A stretch of DNA of 63,953 nucleotides, filler included, from Perkinsus chesapeaki ATCC PRA-425 (Eukaryota > Protista > Perkinsozoa), in assembly GCA_013115145.1 (NCBI GenBank). It is 8 parts of 8 records of this genome, joined end to end, with 100 filler letters (N's around TTAATTAATTAA, not from the genome) between each part and the next. Parts side by side here need not be neighbours in the genome. Positions count along the whole stretch, not along the records: positions 9,105 to 27,742 come from JAAPAO010000657.1; 7 more parts are not named here. One strand, written 5' to 3'. Below, piece after piece: positions 13,352 through 25,907 of the stretch (within the stretch, counting starts at the first letter, position 1; each line of letters starts with the position of its first letter). A program made the position numbers and the translations under genes. The notes beneath the pieces are model-generated. The model did not search any database. It was not told the DNA's origin and saw only the letters and a program-made list of their open reading frames with translations.

Positions 13352-13742
13352 CTAGGCTAGGCCGCGATGCGTTGGCGATCGGACGAGGCCTCCGTATAGC
13401 TCCCGGAGACATCGATGACACCCCACCAATGACCCGATGAAGCCATCTGCGGTCAATGGAACAAGATACTTCCTCCTACCAGGTACAAGCGGGAATTCCC
13501 CGTTCCTTAGAATCATAAACGGACAGTTCAACATGATTATCTAAGTTATCTCTGAGTTGGGGACCTATTTTAAAGGTAGTTGAGGACTGTGGTGCTACTG
13601 TAAAGGGCCATGTACTGTACTCTCGGCCATAGTTTGTCTTGTAGATGGTCTTCCAGCGAGTAGAGGCTATTTGCAGGTGCTTACCAAGCCCAAGTTCGCT
13701 GGATTCATGACCGGAGACTGAAAACGTACCAGAATACCACAC
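13352..13742 (-). pseudogene. Family A copy 2 with a +1 frameshift
   Basis: Homology to 10280-10789 switches frame between ELSVYDSK and LVPGRRKYLV. The spacer is 16 nt here vs 15 nt in copy 1 and contains a GGGG run at about 13498-13501. Confidence 0.55.
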
Positions 13743-15352
13743 CTGTCTTTGTTACCCGAGAATCCGAAGGACTTTTGCGAGCGGCTTCATTGTCCCTGTT
13801 CTACTCGACATCTGGTGAAGCTTTGGTTGCCTTTGACTGTCGAGAACTGCGAGAATTCCGTTGAAGCATGATCGATTTCTCCACTAACAAATGAAAGGAA
13901 TAATTTCAGAAAAATCGGCAGAACTTTTGAACTCTAAGCTTTGAAGGGAGTTTGCGCCGCGATAACGTGCAAACAACTTTTCAATGTAATAATATATATG
14001 CTGTAATTGCAAATATACTTGCGTACGTATACTGTATAATACATTACACATACGGCAAATACTGTTAGAATGTAAGTATTCAAAACTTGGCCAACATGGA
14101 AGTGATGTTAAGTATTGAATCTCTTGAGACACATGGAGGTGATATCTACCATTCGCAGATGGCCTACTCTAGCGAGCTTCTCCTCTACCAAGGAATCAAC
14201 TTTTCGAGGATAACCCATTGGATCTAATCTAATTCTCGAAGTATTACTGATAACGCAATTTGTGAATGTTTCCTTCTGTTGTAATATTTGAAGCTAGTTT
14301 GAACATGCCGGAGAACGCCACACAACAATGCAAATCTTTTATCAGAGAAAGACTATCTTGTCGTCCGCTAAGGATCGTATATTTAAGTCTACGGCGGAAC
14401 GATATCCGGCCGAGACTAATAAATATATTATTCCTAATACCCTGACCGTCCGGGAGAGCATCGCGTGGAGCCTATGAGCTTCGTGATACAACTTGAATTT
14501 TAATGTAAAACGCCGAATAATGGTACAAATCTCCGATGAGGCTGATTAAGCCACTGAATATCATTGATTATATTATAAATAATATTCAGTAGAACCCCAG
14601 TAGATGATTTATATAACAGCTTCACGCCAAATTCGTAGACATTCCATTTCCCACTATTACCCTGCCATTCCTTCTCTATTAGTATAACCCTCCAGCACAG
14701 TATCAATACAGTACTCAGATATAGCTTAGGTCGGCGAAGGAGGAAGTGCTCTTGTCATGTTAACATTACGAACCAAAGGTGCAATAATAACTACAATGCC
14801 TCAGTTGAGTTGCTTACATTTTACCTGCTACGGTAATCCCTGAGCTTGAGGAGCACAAGCACATTCAAACAGCATTCGTGTAATTGTTGGTACTGATGCG
14901 TATCATATTGCGAGCATCCTCCGAGTTAAAAAGGACAGCTCGTATAAGCGTTAAGAGTATTGGCTCCCTTCCAGAAAGAACCGGGGTCAAAATACTAAAA
15001 ACGTGGTCATTTCAATAAAGTAAATGCAGGTTGTATGAGCGTACTTTGAAAACACGACTGTCTATGAAGCAACAATTGACGGAAATATCTATATATAAAT
15101 GAATAGACCATTGACGGCATATCTCAGTTCAAAAAACGGGTTCTTTGTGAACGATCTTGCTCTGTATAGAGTGTTCCGCTCCGTCGGATTTCGTGACACA
15201 TTGTGCATTTTTGTTTCATGATACGTATCATTATTGCGTTTTAGTATGCCGTTCCTTGGATGGGAATCAGCAGAGGAAAGGGGTGTTAGACAGGAGGCTG
15301 AGAAAAAGGGGAAGAATGGTACTAAAAAATAAACAGAATGATTTAACAAAGA

Positions 15353-15607
15353 TATTCTAGACTCGGTAATTAGAGAAAGATATCTTAGACTTAGTAATTA
15401 GAGAAAGATATCTTAGACTTAGTAATTAGAGAAAGATATCTTAGACTTAGTAATTAGAGAAAGATATCTTAGACTTAGTAATTAGAGAAAGATATCTTAG
15501 ACTTAGTAATTAGAGAAAGATATCTTAGACTTAGTTATTAGAGAAAGATATCTTAGACTTAGTAATTAGAGAAAGATATCTTAGACTTAGTAGTTAGAGA
15601 AAGATAT
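15353..15607. repeat. 28 bp minisatellite (tatcttagacttagtaattagagaaaga), about 9 copies
   Basis: Head-to-tail near-identical units with a few substitutions. Confidence 0.95.
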
Positions 15608-18600
15608 GTTCAACCTCATCTCCATGTGTATCCGACGTTGGTATTTTGAACCATGATATTGACAAATCCTTTCTACAATAAACCTATCCAAGATGAGATC
15701 ATATCATAAACTGTATTAAATGAGCCATGTATCAATCGATTACAAGTTTAACATCTTGACCACTACACCAATCTTTCTCTGTTAACTCTATGAATCACAA
15801 AGACTCGAGGTCACCTCTGACAGATATGCTCTAACACAGATTCGATCCGCATGTCTTTCCCTTACTAGTCAAGACCCGTAACGTTCAACAACGATAATTT
15901 TTACATTCGTAAAATTTATCAAAAAGGTTCACCTCCCGGCTCAGGATTTCAGTAGCTATAAACGGTTTCTTGAATCTGTCTCTGCTTCCTCATAAACGTC
16001 CAAAATTACGTTAGGCTCGTGATTGCTCTAGTTGAACAGGTCCTGTGATCCGGATACGACAACCTCCTTCCCCTCGTACCCCAGCTGAGAGGAGCGGTGA
16101 GGGGCTCTTTAGGGGTTTCACCGCTGGAATGTGCCTTGGACTGGTAACAACTACATCGGTGGCAAGTACTAGGAAAATAAATGGAAGGTGATAATACTGT
16201 ATAAGCGTCATTCTACAGTAGTAGCTCGAGTAGCTCTTGGACATAGTGTTTCATTCGATTAACAAGCTCGTCGGTGCTGGTATGTCTCACAGGCTTCATC
16301 AGCTCAGCGCGAATCTTCGTAGAGAATATTCTCTTGAATGGTGAGTGTATAAAGTTGACTGGAATGCCGTGAAATTGCTCTAACCTAGAATTTTTCTCGA
16401 AGCCACTGTAAAGTCCTTCTCCCTTGTTCGTCGAAATACATCGGCAAAAACATGAGTATAGTCCGATATCTAACTAGTGGACTGCTCCATCAAATGTGAT
16501 ACGACTAAGATCGTTGATGAATTCGGAATCTGTACTGCACGATCGACCGTTTTGTCCAAGTAGTTGGACAGTTGAAAAATACCTGCGGATTGACGACTTA
16601 TATGAGGATCACGCAGTTGGTGAAAAACATAACGGCGGCTCTAACCTGTCTTCAATACAAAGCACACGAGCTCACATCAAGCTTAACTATCATTCAAGTT
16701 AATTTCGTCAGAATGCTTTAACCAAGGATCGAACCTGTGATCCATTACCACTTGTTTCTCAGGTTCTCCTTAGGCCGAGGCATGATGCATGTGGCCAAGT
16801 GTTCTGGTTTGGGAGGTCTTTGGATGTTCCTTATGTTTTACTCTAGATATTCATTAATAGATGACACACATATGAATCGTAATAGTGGGACTGGGCTTAC
16901 CCGAATTCAATGCTTATTTTTGAATCTTAATATCTGGCAAACTTTATTTGTGATCCGCTGTTTAACACTCAGAATGCTGCTTACCTCATGGTAAAAATAT
17001 AGATTATGATTAATAATTTATTCAAGTAATTGTATTTGGTTTTGGGCGTTTGGTTTATTTCATCTTGTAATTAAGGAGATATAAACCCCTACCATGTTTC
17101 CGGATTTTCCCCTATTTTGAATCATAATATCCGGCCAATAGTAAATGCAATTTGTTGGAATTCAGAGTGTCGGGTATTCAAAAAAATGTTAGAGTACAAA
17201 GTGTCTAATTGCATTTGATTCGGCGTCTGATTTACGATATTTCATCCTGTCACTGTGAAACTAGGTGATATATACCTCCCTCCTGTTTCCGGCATTGCTT
17301 GTAGTAGCATACGACCGTCTAGTGCGGATATTACATAATATTGTTTTTAGCCATTCCAGCCTGCCTCCTAGGAGGCGCCTTTGCCGGTAGTACGACGGCA
17401 TTCTTGTATCGACCAAGGCTTACTGGCACACAGGTAGTACGAGGAGAGACTATCTATTTTCTATATTTTATGCTGTAAATGTTGATAATCTTGAGCTTGA
17501 TATCTAACACACCGAATATAGCTCTCAAGCGTGGAACTGTGTGTATGATTTGGTCCATGTGAATCCAATTATATACTATTGCTGTCCCGGAGTTCGCGAG
17601 GTTGTGATGTGGGTGTATGAGAGACTATCATTAACAACCCTTCTCAGATAGTAGGAGTCACTTTAGCAACGTCTGTATTGAACCTTTTGAGCGGTTATTA
17701 TGAGGAAGTTGACCGGTTAAATCGCAGAAGTGAATTCGCCTAATATTTTTATAGCATTTTTTCAAAGGAGCGATCCCGTTTGAGTTCATAGTGGCAAATT
17801 AGCGGTCGTCCAAGCTCTGCTGGGTGAGGTACCTTTTATAGAAGGAAATCATTAGTTGACTTTTTGGAGCGAATTTGCTGTTCTCGATGCACAAGGGTAA
17901 TTGACACTTTTCGTAACCAGACACACATGTACAAGCTTGAACTAGCAAGAGGGTAAGAACTCCAAATCGAACAATTGAATCGTCGAGTCTGGCGTATTTC
18001 ACAATCTTAGAAATTGGCTCCTATGAGAGCCTGGCGTAGGGTTATAAGTCTCGTCTGGTACCACCGTTGCTGTACATGAAGACTGTATCAGGCCGTCAAA
18101 CGGCCTGGTCTGTCTGGTACGGTTAGAGTAGCATCTTACAGCTCATTTAGGCTCCCGAGAACGGTCGTATAGTACTTCCTCGGTAAGTACTATTATTTAT
18201 TTATACTTACGTATGTACGTTCTCATGCAGTACCTGCACGTCTTCCCTTTCTATCGATACTGGAGTAGAAGTGCTAAGCCTGGAGGTTTACGCGATCATC
18301 TATACTGAGTCAACGGTGGTAGCTTGGTCATTCAGGCGACTTCACCCCGGTTTACAACTCAACTTCTGTTCTTGTACTGCGGCTCCGTAAACCACTATCG
18401 TTCATTTCAGTTTTTATTTTATCTCAAATGGTTGAAGTCACTTCGCGTTTTCAAGACTATCTTAGTGACTTTGGTGGGCCAAGTGCATCGTATCTTTCAC
18501 CACCCGCCAAGCCGCCAGCAGTATCGGCTTTGGATGAGCAGGTGAGGCGTTAGGCCCATTGCTCATGTTGAACTGGGCTTTTAAAATGGTGTAAAACAGT

Positions 18601-18899
18601 GAAGGATTTATACGAGAATCACAAAGCTGAGATGACACGACATTCTTCGCATTTTTGCACAAGTGTAAATAAAACCGGATAGGAGCCGCTCGTTGCAGGT
18701 GTTCAGGGCTCTGAAAGGAGGTATATTGTTAGAGAGGGTACAACAGTGCACTTGCGACGTAGTAGACAGTTCATACAAGAATCATAGACCTACGATAATA
18801 CTATATCTTTTGTATTTTCTAACAAGTGAAATGTGACATGTGGATGAGTATCAGTCCTAATAGAGGATTCGACTGTTTAGGTATCGAAGGCGGTATGCC

Positions 18900-19700
18900 T
18901 TATAGCAGAGGTTAAGGGCAACTTGGCCGCAGACCGGTCAGCTTGGCGAGCAGGAGTTGCCGAAGGTTCTCAAGTGAAGCAACAAAGAGCAAACACACGG
19001 GAAGAGGCGGATGATGCTATTGACGAGCTAGGGACGTTGATAAAGGGCCGGGAGAAGGCCATGCGGGGGTAGGCAGGTGAACGGTGTTTATATAGCATCA
19101 TCACATTGGAAAATTGAAACATTGGTATCATTCAGTGGTACTTATTGAAGGCTTTATACTTAATAGTAAATTTGAAAATAATAAATAATTAATTATGTAA
19201 TATAATTAAATTCAAATCATTTAAAAATAATTGTAATTTCCGATTAATTGCTTATCGGAATTCTCAAGGATGCTGTACAGAATTGGGCCCGGAAGTTTAC
19301 GAAACGGCCATTATGGCATGCTTTCTGTTCGTCGGCTGATGCATCCTATTAAAACTAATCTTTCAGTTTGATCTCAGCATTGAAGGAATTATTGATCGGC
19401 ATTGGATCGTATTAATAAGGTTATTAATCTTTTGCTCCCTTTTAGCTCATCTACGGCAGCGTATTACCAATCAATAAAAGATATTCTCAGTGGACGACTT
19501 AAGGTGCTAGATGAGGAGGCCAGACAGTGGCAGATGTATAAGCATAGGGTGTCTAGTGAGAGGGAACAGAGGTGAGTTACCAAAATACGCAAGTAAGCTA
19601 GATTTGAAACTCGTTGGAAAATCACGAAAAATACAGTACGCAAGATCTGCAGAGTGTGAAGCTGTTTAGTGCGAGCAGTCCTCAACTCTGGCGAGTCGTC
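18900..19700 (+). other. Exon-like segments of a hypothetical or decayed gene
   Basis: Open charged segments (EVKGNLAADRSAWRAG...DAIDELGTLIK; YYQSIKDILSGRLKVLDEEARQW...EQR followed by GTGAG). No complete gene could be built. Confidence 0.3.
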
Positions 19701-19749
19701 TCGAGCTGAAATTTCAACTGAAGAGCCCTACAATCATTATGGTTGAACC

Positions 19750-21160
19750 ATATCAGACTGAAAACCTGGTTGCGCGTGCTGGACTCCCTAAGAATCTCTT
19801 TGTCCTTTTTTGTATTATTTGTACAGTTGCGTGCAAAATGACCTACAGCTGCTAAGCTACTCTAGAAATTCGAGAGTCGCGCAGAGTTGGTCCAAACATC
19901 GCGGACCCCCCTCAAACGGCCGACAACGTCGAAGGGGCAGATGAGATTAGTGGGGTTAAAGTGGTGGAAACTGGATTGCACCACTGCTACGATTGAGACA
20001 TTTCTGGGAGTAGGATCTCATGGTAGTGAACCACTACTTGTGATATCGTCGGTAGTAGTCTCACCACTGTTCGATGGCAAGCTCGGTGCGTGTGGTCTCC
20101 TTCGGCCATGCGAATGTGATCCAGGTTATCAGCCGATAACTCCAGCGCTGCCGTGGTGGAGCGTGGCTTCGGTTACGTGATTGGGAAGCATTCTCAAGCT
20201 TCAGCCGCTCCTGGGCCGCCCAGTCTCAGCAGTGTTGAACAAGCGCCCAGTCTAGGCGCTTGTTCAACAGAGCGTACAGTGCAAGCTGATAGTACCAGCC
20301 TGGTACATAGTCGAACTCGTACGCGCTCAATGTTTGAGTGACAATCTGGTACAATACAATAAGTCATCTATTAGCTTACTCCGAGTCTATTTCTTCTCAG
20401 CTGTATTTGCGAAATCGGCTTCGCCGAATCTGCCCAATCTCAAAGCTGCATGAAGTTCACCTCGCTGAGGGAGTTCATGTCTGCTGATCTTCGCATTCTA
20501 GACTACCCCACCTGCGCTCAAATATACTCGGAGGTAACTTCTCACACATTGGCGGTGTGAATTTGCAATGTCACATGGCCCATGTGAGTTCATCCTCCAC
20601 TTGAGGTATCATATTGGTTAAAAATTATCAAACACAGGCTCACATAGTAATGCTGGAGACTTTAGGGTACCGTGGAGAGCAGATGTTAGTGCCATTCCTA
20701 TATTTCATTATATTTCGGGTCTTCGAGGCTGAAGCTTAGCTGCGGTTGTTCCGACCTGGACTCCGCGTTCGATTAGAAACCTTAGGCCGGGTGGGTATTA
20801 TACCGTACGGTGCAAGCTGATACTGTATTATCAGGCTGGTACCACCAGCCTGGTGCATAGTCGAACTCGTGCGCACTCAATGTTTGAGTCTCAAACTGGT
20901 GCAATATATGCTATTTCGTAAGGACATAAATCATCTTAGAGACACATGGTACAGTTACAACTCGCATGTTTCAAACTGTGTTGGCATCCTTCGACTGTAG
21001 AGTTCTATAACCATATTATACTGAAAAGTTTTTACTGAAAACCTGGTTGCCTAGGCTGAACTCCTGAAAATAATCTGTCCCATTTTAATATATTTTAAGA
21101 TTATAAAGAAGTCCCAGACTCAGTTTTTGGTACAACTCTGTGCGTCTCTCGAATCTCTAC
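19750..21160. repeat. Locally rearranged repeat region (direct and inverted copies plus hairpins)
   Basis: About 20274-20358 repeats at about 20805-20905; about 19758-19800 repeats at about 21036-21080; about 19861-19895 is inverted at about 21126-21160; perfect 15 bp hairpin at 20233-20269. Confidence 0.7.
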
Positions 21161-24100
21161 AGTACAGTGTAATCTCAGCAGTTGTATGTTTTTCGCACGC
21201 AACTGTAGAGATGATTGACTGTTGGAAGGAGAGAAAATCGGGTGAAAGTCTCCAATGAAAGGATAGGCTCGAGTGGAGTGTGTTTTGAATATCTGCAACG
21301 TGGCTAGCGAATTCATAGTTATTCCGTTTTGTTACCCTTTTCTGTATACCATCATGACAAAATGTTATTTGTGGTAGAAATGATGCCCATCATTTAGGTA
21401 TGATGTCGATCCTGTTGCACTGGAAAAGGAGGCGGCTCGATTACAAGGATTAAGGAAGCGAGGGCAAGGCGACCAGCGGAAGAGTATTGATGTCTTGCCA
21501 GCTGAAAGGTGAGCTATAATCTGGTTCAGGGGTTAATACAGCCTCATGGGAGTATGCTCCACAAGAGTCTTGAGGACTGAGACCAGAGTCTGGTCTTGAG
21601 TCAAGACCCAGAGAATTTGCCGGATATGGATATACAGTATGGTTTACCAATACTGATATACCCGAAGATAGTGCCTTCACGTTCGTTGAGCAAGTTGGAT
21701 AGAATTATAGGAGTATTTTAACATTTCAAGACCTCAGAGGTTTTCGGTAAACCTAGAGGTGTCAGAGGTAAACCGTTTACCTCTGACACAATTGATTTCC
21801 CTTGTCTCATCTCTCGAGGTTTCTTCTGAATTTAGTCGCTAGGGATATCCATTAACGTGGAATATTCAGTTGTAATCAATTCGCCCGAAGAACGCTAACG
21901 CCCAAGTGTGTATAGTCATGTACAGTGTTCAACCCCATTGCCGTTTCAAGAAGGGAATATCTGGAGGCCGCTACGCTACGAGAAATTTGCATGGCACATC
22001 TTACGGGTGTTCCCACGAGAGCTTCGTCGTCGATGTCAGTTTTGACGAGCAAGGATCATCGGGGAGTGGCGATCAGCAGGCCGCTGATGCCGGGTTGGAG
22101 ATGGAAAGTCAGATGTTATTGGCTACTTACACGAATGAGCTGGATCATGTAAGGAATGACATCGTCGCGGGTTACGATAGTTCGTTAACAACTTCGAGCG
22201 TGCAAGCGATATTATCGGCGCAATGCGTTGTAGGAGAGTCTTTTGACAGCGCTATTATTTGACGACTTCAATCGGCAGTGACATTGTTGAATATAGAACT
22301 ATGAACAATGAACTCCCTATGGGTATAGGGAATGTTATATTGGGAATATGACTATAGAATTCAAACATGAAAATTAGGATTTCACATATAACCTTTTTTG
22401 GTACTAGCTGTTCTTAGCAGTTAGCATAGTGCCCCGCTACGAATACCATGTGTACCCCTCAGGCACGAACGACACAGCAGAAGGTGGAAGAGCTTAGTCA
22501 TGTGGTTGGTGTGATGGGAACCAAAGTCGATGAGCAACGAGAGCAAATCGGCGGAGTAAGCTAGTATATACATTCTAGTAAGAGCATCGATCTGCTGCTG
22601 TTAGATTCACTCGACTGCGCGAGATTCCACTGCGTACGTCTCATCGGCAGGAGAGCAATTGATAAAGGCGCGGGCCCATCAGTCGTATGCGTGTTATATT
22701 GTTACTTGGTTTGTTGGAGCTGCATTGTCATTACTGTTACTTGATTGGTTAGTATAAGCTTAACAAAGGGTTGATTTGGTTAATTTAAATGGAAGGAGTC
22801 TGCACAAGGAGTTCGCGTCACTGTCATATGCCGGCACTGCTGCCCCGGCCGCAGTTCTTTGCTTGTAATTCACTGTGATAACGGTCTTCTTATGAACTAC
22901 AATCGCAAGGGATCATCCACCAAGCCACAGATATAGCACCGGGCCACTTGCCACTATACCTTGCAATCTATCTCGCGAATAGGAACGTGAAATTGTTAGC
23001 CTCATCCGAACACTGCTGCCGAAATGACGCCCTGATCCGCTTTAGAGTCTGGATTAAGCCTGAGTTGTAGTGTGTCAGTCTTCCTTCTACTGGTGAATGT
23101 CATCTAGCAATACAACGCCACAAAGTCGTCTTAAAGTGGGCTGCACAGAAGACCCTCTGTGAATACTCGCCTTCCATGGCTCAGTTCTGTCTAGTCTTCC
23201 CGAGCAACAGTTCTTGGCTCCTTATTATAGAAAATCCGGCAATTAACAAGCAGAATGTCAGGAGAATGCAACGGTGCATCATAAGCGGGAAGCCGGAACC
23301 ACCTAAGGCAGCCGTAAGCTTTGAATGCCTTAGGATATCCTATGTGATAGACCTTTTTCACAGTAACGCATGAGATATAGTATTCCCATTTTGCCGTACG
23401 GTCCAGAGCGGGGACTCCACACAGGCCTCAGCAGGCGTTTCCGTTGGGAAAGCTTGTTTTTGAAACGCATGCGTTGAACTTGATTTCAGTATTGGGACTT
23501 GCCAATGCTGAGAAGTAAGAGCAACTGAGTTCTTTCATTGTTACTCCTATTACTTGAATTCATCATACGATAATAATTAGCTCGATTAATTAACTATTTC
23601 AAACCACTTCTTTTGTTGTCACTTCTATCGCTTTTCGGATACTGAGCCAGTCTGACTGATCGAGCAGCTCCGAGGGCAGTTACTTATATCGACTGATCTT
23701 CGGTGTACTTCTCCTCCTGACGACTATCCCGAGTATTATTCTGGCTTTCATCTTCAGCGCAGCGTGAAGACTTTTTTACTTCGTTCCCATCTTCGACGAG
23801 GTTTATTGTATCTAACTTGTTGCTGCCTCTTTAACAGCCTCTTACTTCTTGTTATTCAGGCTAGGCTCATCCAGTGTATTAAAGACGTGCTTATGAAAGG
23901 TGACATCATACAGTGTATAGACTATGTTGAAAGTACCGGCATGTGGGTGCTTATTATGCTTGATGGCTCTATATGGATCGACTTTGGCCTCGAAGACTCT
24001 CACTCAGGCACGGCACACCAGTAGACATTAACGAAGAAAACTGTCAATTCTTCAGAATTCTGCCAGTCTCTGCGAAGATCATTGACCGAGTATCCTAGAA

Positions 24101-24486
24101 TTAAAGATGTATGCTTAGGATCAGCAAATTTCAAGTGGTGAGTTCTTGACGGCCGGTAGACCATTCGGCGAAATGGAGAAGGTATCTGCACTTCATTGAC
24201 GTCATTGACGAGTCTTTTATCCGTTGCTTGACGGGTTTTGGACGAATTAAGCTACGATGCCTCTTCACGATGGTATCATCATATATGTGTCATTAAAATA
24301 GCAGTCGTGATGAAATACGATGTTGTTAGTTTTCGCGCACTGTTGACCAACATAATCGAGTAGATTAAATCGACATGATCGATTTGTCAGTATTTATTTG
24401 CTCTTTTCTCTTTACTCCAGGCACTATAGCTTTTATGTTGCGGTATACGTAGATATTGTGTCTCATCCATTCCAGGCGGAATACTA

Positions 24487-24648
24487 CAGCATTTCCAGGT
24501 CAAGTTAATTATTTACCCGGATTTTTAATAATTTACCCATTTTTTTAAAACATTACCCATGCTTTTAACAAATTACCCAAACGTTTAATGATACGCCCAA
24601 ATTTATGATAATTTACCAGGTCGATTTAATAACATAAAAGGTCAAATT
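24487..24648 (+). repeat. Left terminal inverted repeat (162 bp)
   Basis: Reverse complement of 25746-25907 with no mismatch seen by eye. Confidence 0.95.
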
Positions 24649-24665
24649 AAAGTAGCATTTTAAAC

Positions 24666-25752
24666 ATGTCTACGTCTTCCTCATCATCATCTGCCTCATC
24701 TGAATCATCTGCCTACCACTCGTCTGGTTCGTCGAGCGACGAAGACGCGAGTCCGCTCCCTGTAGTCCCGAAGAGAAGGGGGCCCAAGAAGGGGGTGAAG
24801 CGAGGGGAGTATAACAAGAAAATAAGCACTGAAGCGGCAAGGCGCCTAATAGAAGCCAAGAGGGACGGCTCGGAGCCTTGGTATGATGTCGCCCGGCACA
24901 ATGGGATCAAGGAATCAACTGCAAGAAGTATAATAAGGCGCGGTACTCCAACTAAGAAACGCCAAGGTGGACACCGCCACTCAAAAGTGCAGCAAGTACA
25001 CAAAGAGGCTCTCATATCCATGCTTGAAAAAAATTCTCAAGCCCGACTCAAGGACATGCGGCTCATGTTGAGAGAGGAGTACCAACTCGAGGCAAGTCTT
25101 TCCGGCGCTCTGCGTATCATCTTTCTGGCTTTAGTGAGACCATATTCTTACTGATTACTTGGAAGGAAGGTCGCTCCGGACTACTCGTATGCAACAAAAC
25201 CGCTCTCAGGTATGCGACTCAACAATCGATCGAACGCTAAATCTCGAAGCATTTACGGTCAAGAAGATAATCACTGTACCCGAGGGGGTGAACTCAGATG
25301 TGAACAAAACTAAGCGAAAAGCCTATGTCGAGAGCTTCATGCAACATCAGAGTGAAGCTCGGCTCATGCTTTACCAAGATGAAAGCAATGTAAATTTATA
25401 TTGTAGACGATCCCAAGGAAGAAGTGTTAAAGGTCAACGAGTTCGTACCAGACAGTGCAACCAACAAGGAAAGAATATACACGTCTTGGGATTGATGGGT
25501 CTGGGTGGGCTATTTTACTGGACGCGTCGGAGAGGGTCGATGAAGATGGAAGATTTTGGAAATTGGCTCGTTGATGCTCTGTTATTTGTTTGCGAGGACC
25601 GCGAAATAGAACCCAGCAGGATCACCGTAATTATAGATAATGCTCCGGCTCATAGTCGGGTGGAAGAAAAGTTGGCTGTGCATCAAATCCTTCCCCCTTG
25701 GCTGTCTTTTATTATCTCACAATTTGTGAGTCTGATGGATAATTCAATTTGA
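24666..25752 (+). pseudogene. Tc1/IS630-like transposase, C-terminally truncated; predicted GC-AG intron 25092-25209
   Basis: HTH (WYDVARHNGIKESTARSIIRR), YQLE|VCDSTIDRTL across the intron, first Asp YQDES, second Asp IIDNAPAH. The sequence stops at ILPP with no YSP.LNPIE motif carrying the third acidic residue. Confidence 0.85.
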
Positions 25753-25907
25753 CCTTTTATGTTATTAAATCGACCTGGTAAATTATCATAAATTTGGGCG
25801 TATCATTAAACGTTTGGGTAATTTGTTAAAAGCATGGGTAATGTTTTAAAAAAATGGGTAAATTATTAAAAATCCGGGTAAATAATTAACTTGACCTGGA
25901 AATGCTG
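25746..25907 (-). repeat. Right terminal inverted repeat (162 bp)
   Basis: Reverse complement of 24487-24648. Confidence 0.95.

Larger units (their letters stand above)
24487..25907 (+). mobile_element. IS630-Tc1-mariner superfamily DNA transposon, 1421 bp, TA target-site duplication
   Basis: TA at 24485-24486 and 25908-25909 flanks 162 bp inverted repeats starting CAGCATTTCCAGG. The interior encodes an HTH plus a partial DDE transposase. Confidence 0.95.

Noticed and set aside
15353-15607. Regular 28 bp repeat resembling a CRISPR array (likewise the 31 bp and 27 bp arrays)
   Set aside because: Units are head-to-tail with no unique spacers, there are no cas genes, and the context is eukaryotic; these are minisatellites.
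21450-23400. Short ORFs (e.g. 21906-22262) as genes
   Set aside because: Some look exon-like, but no consistent splice path, domain or paralog supports them.
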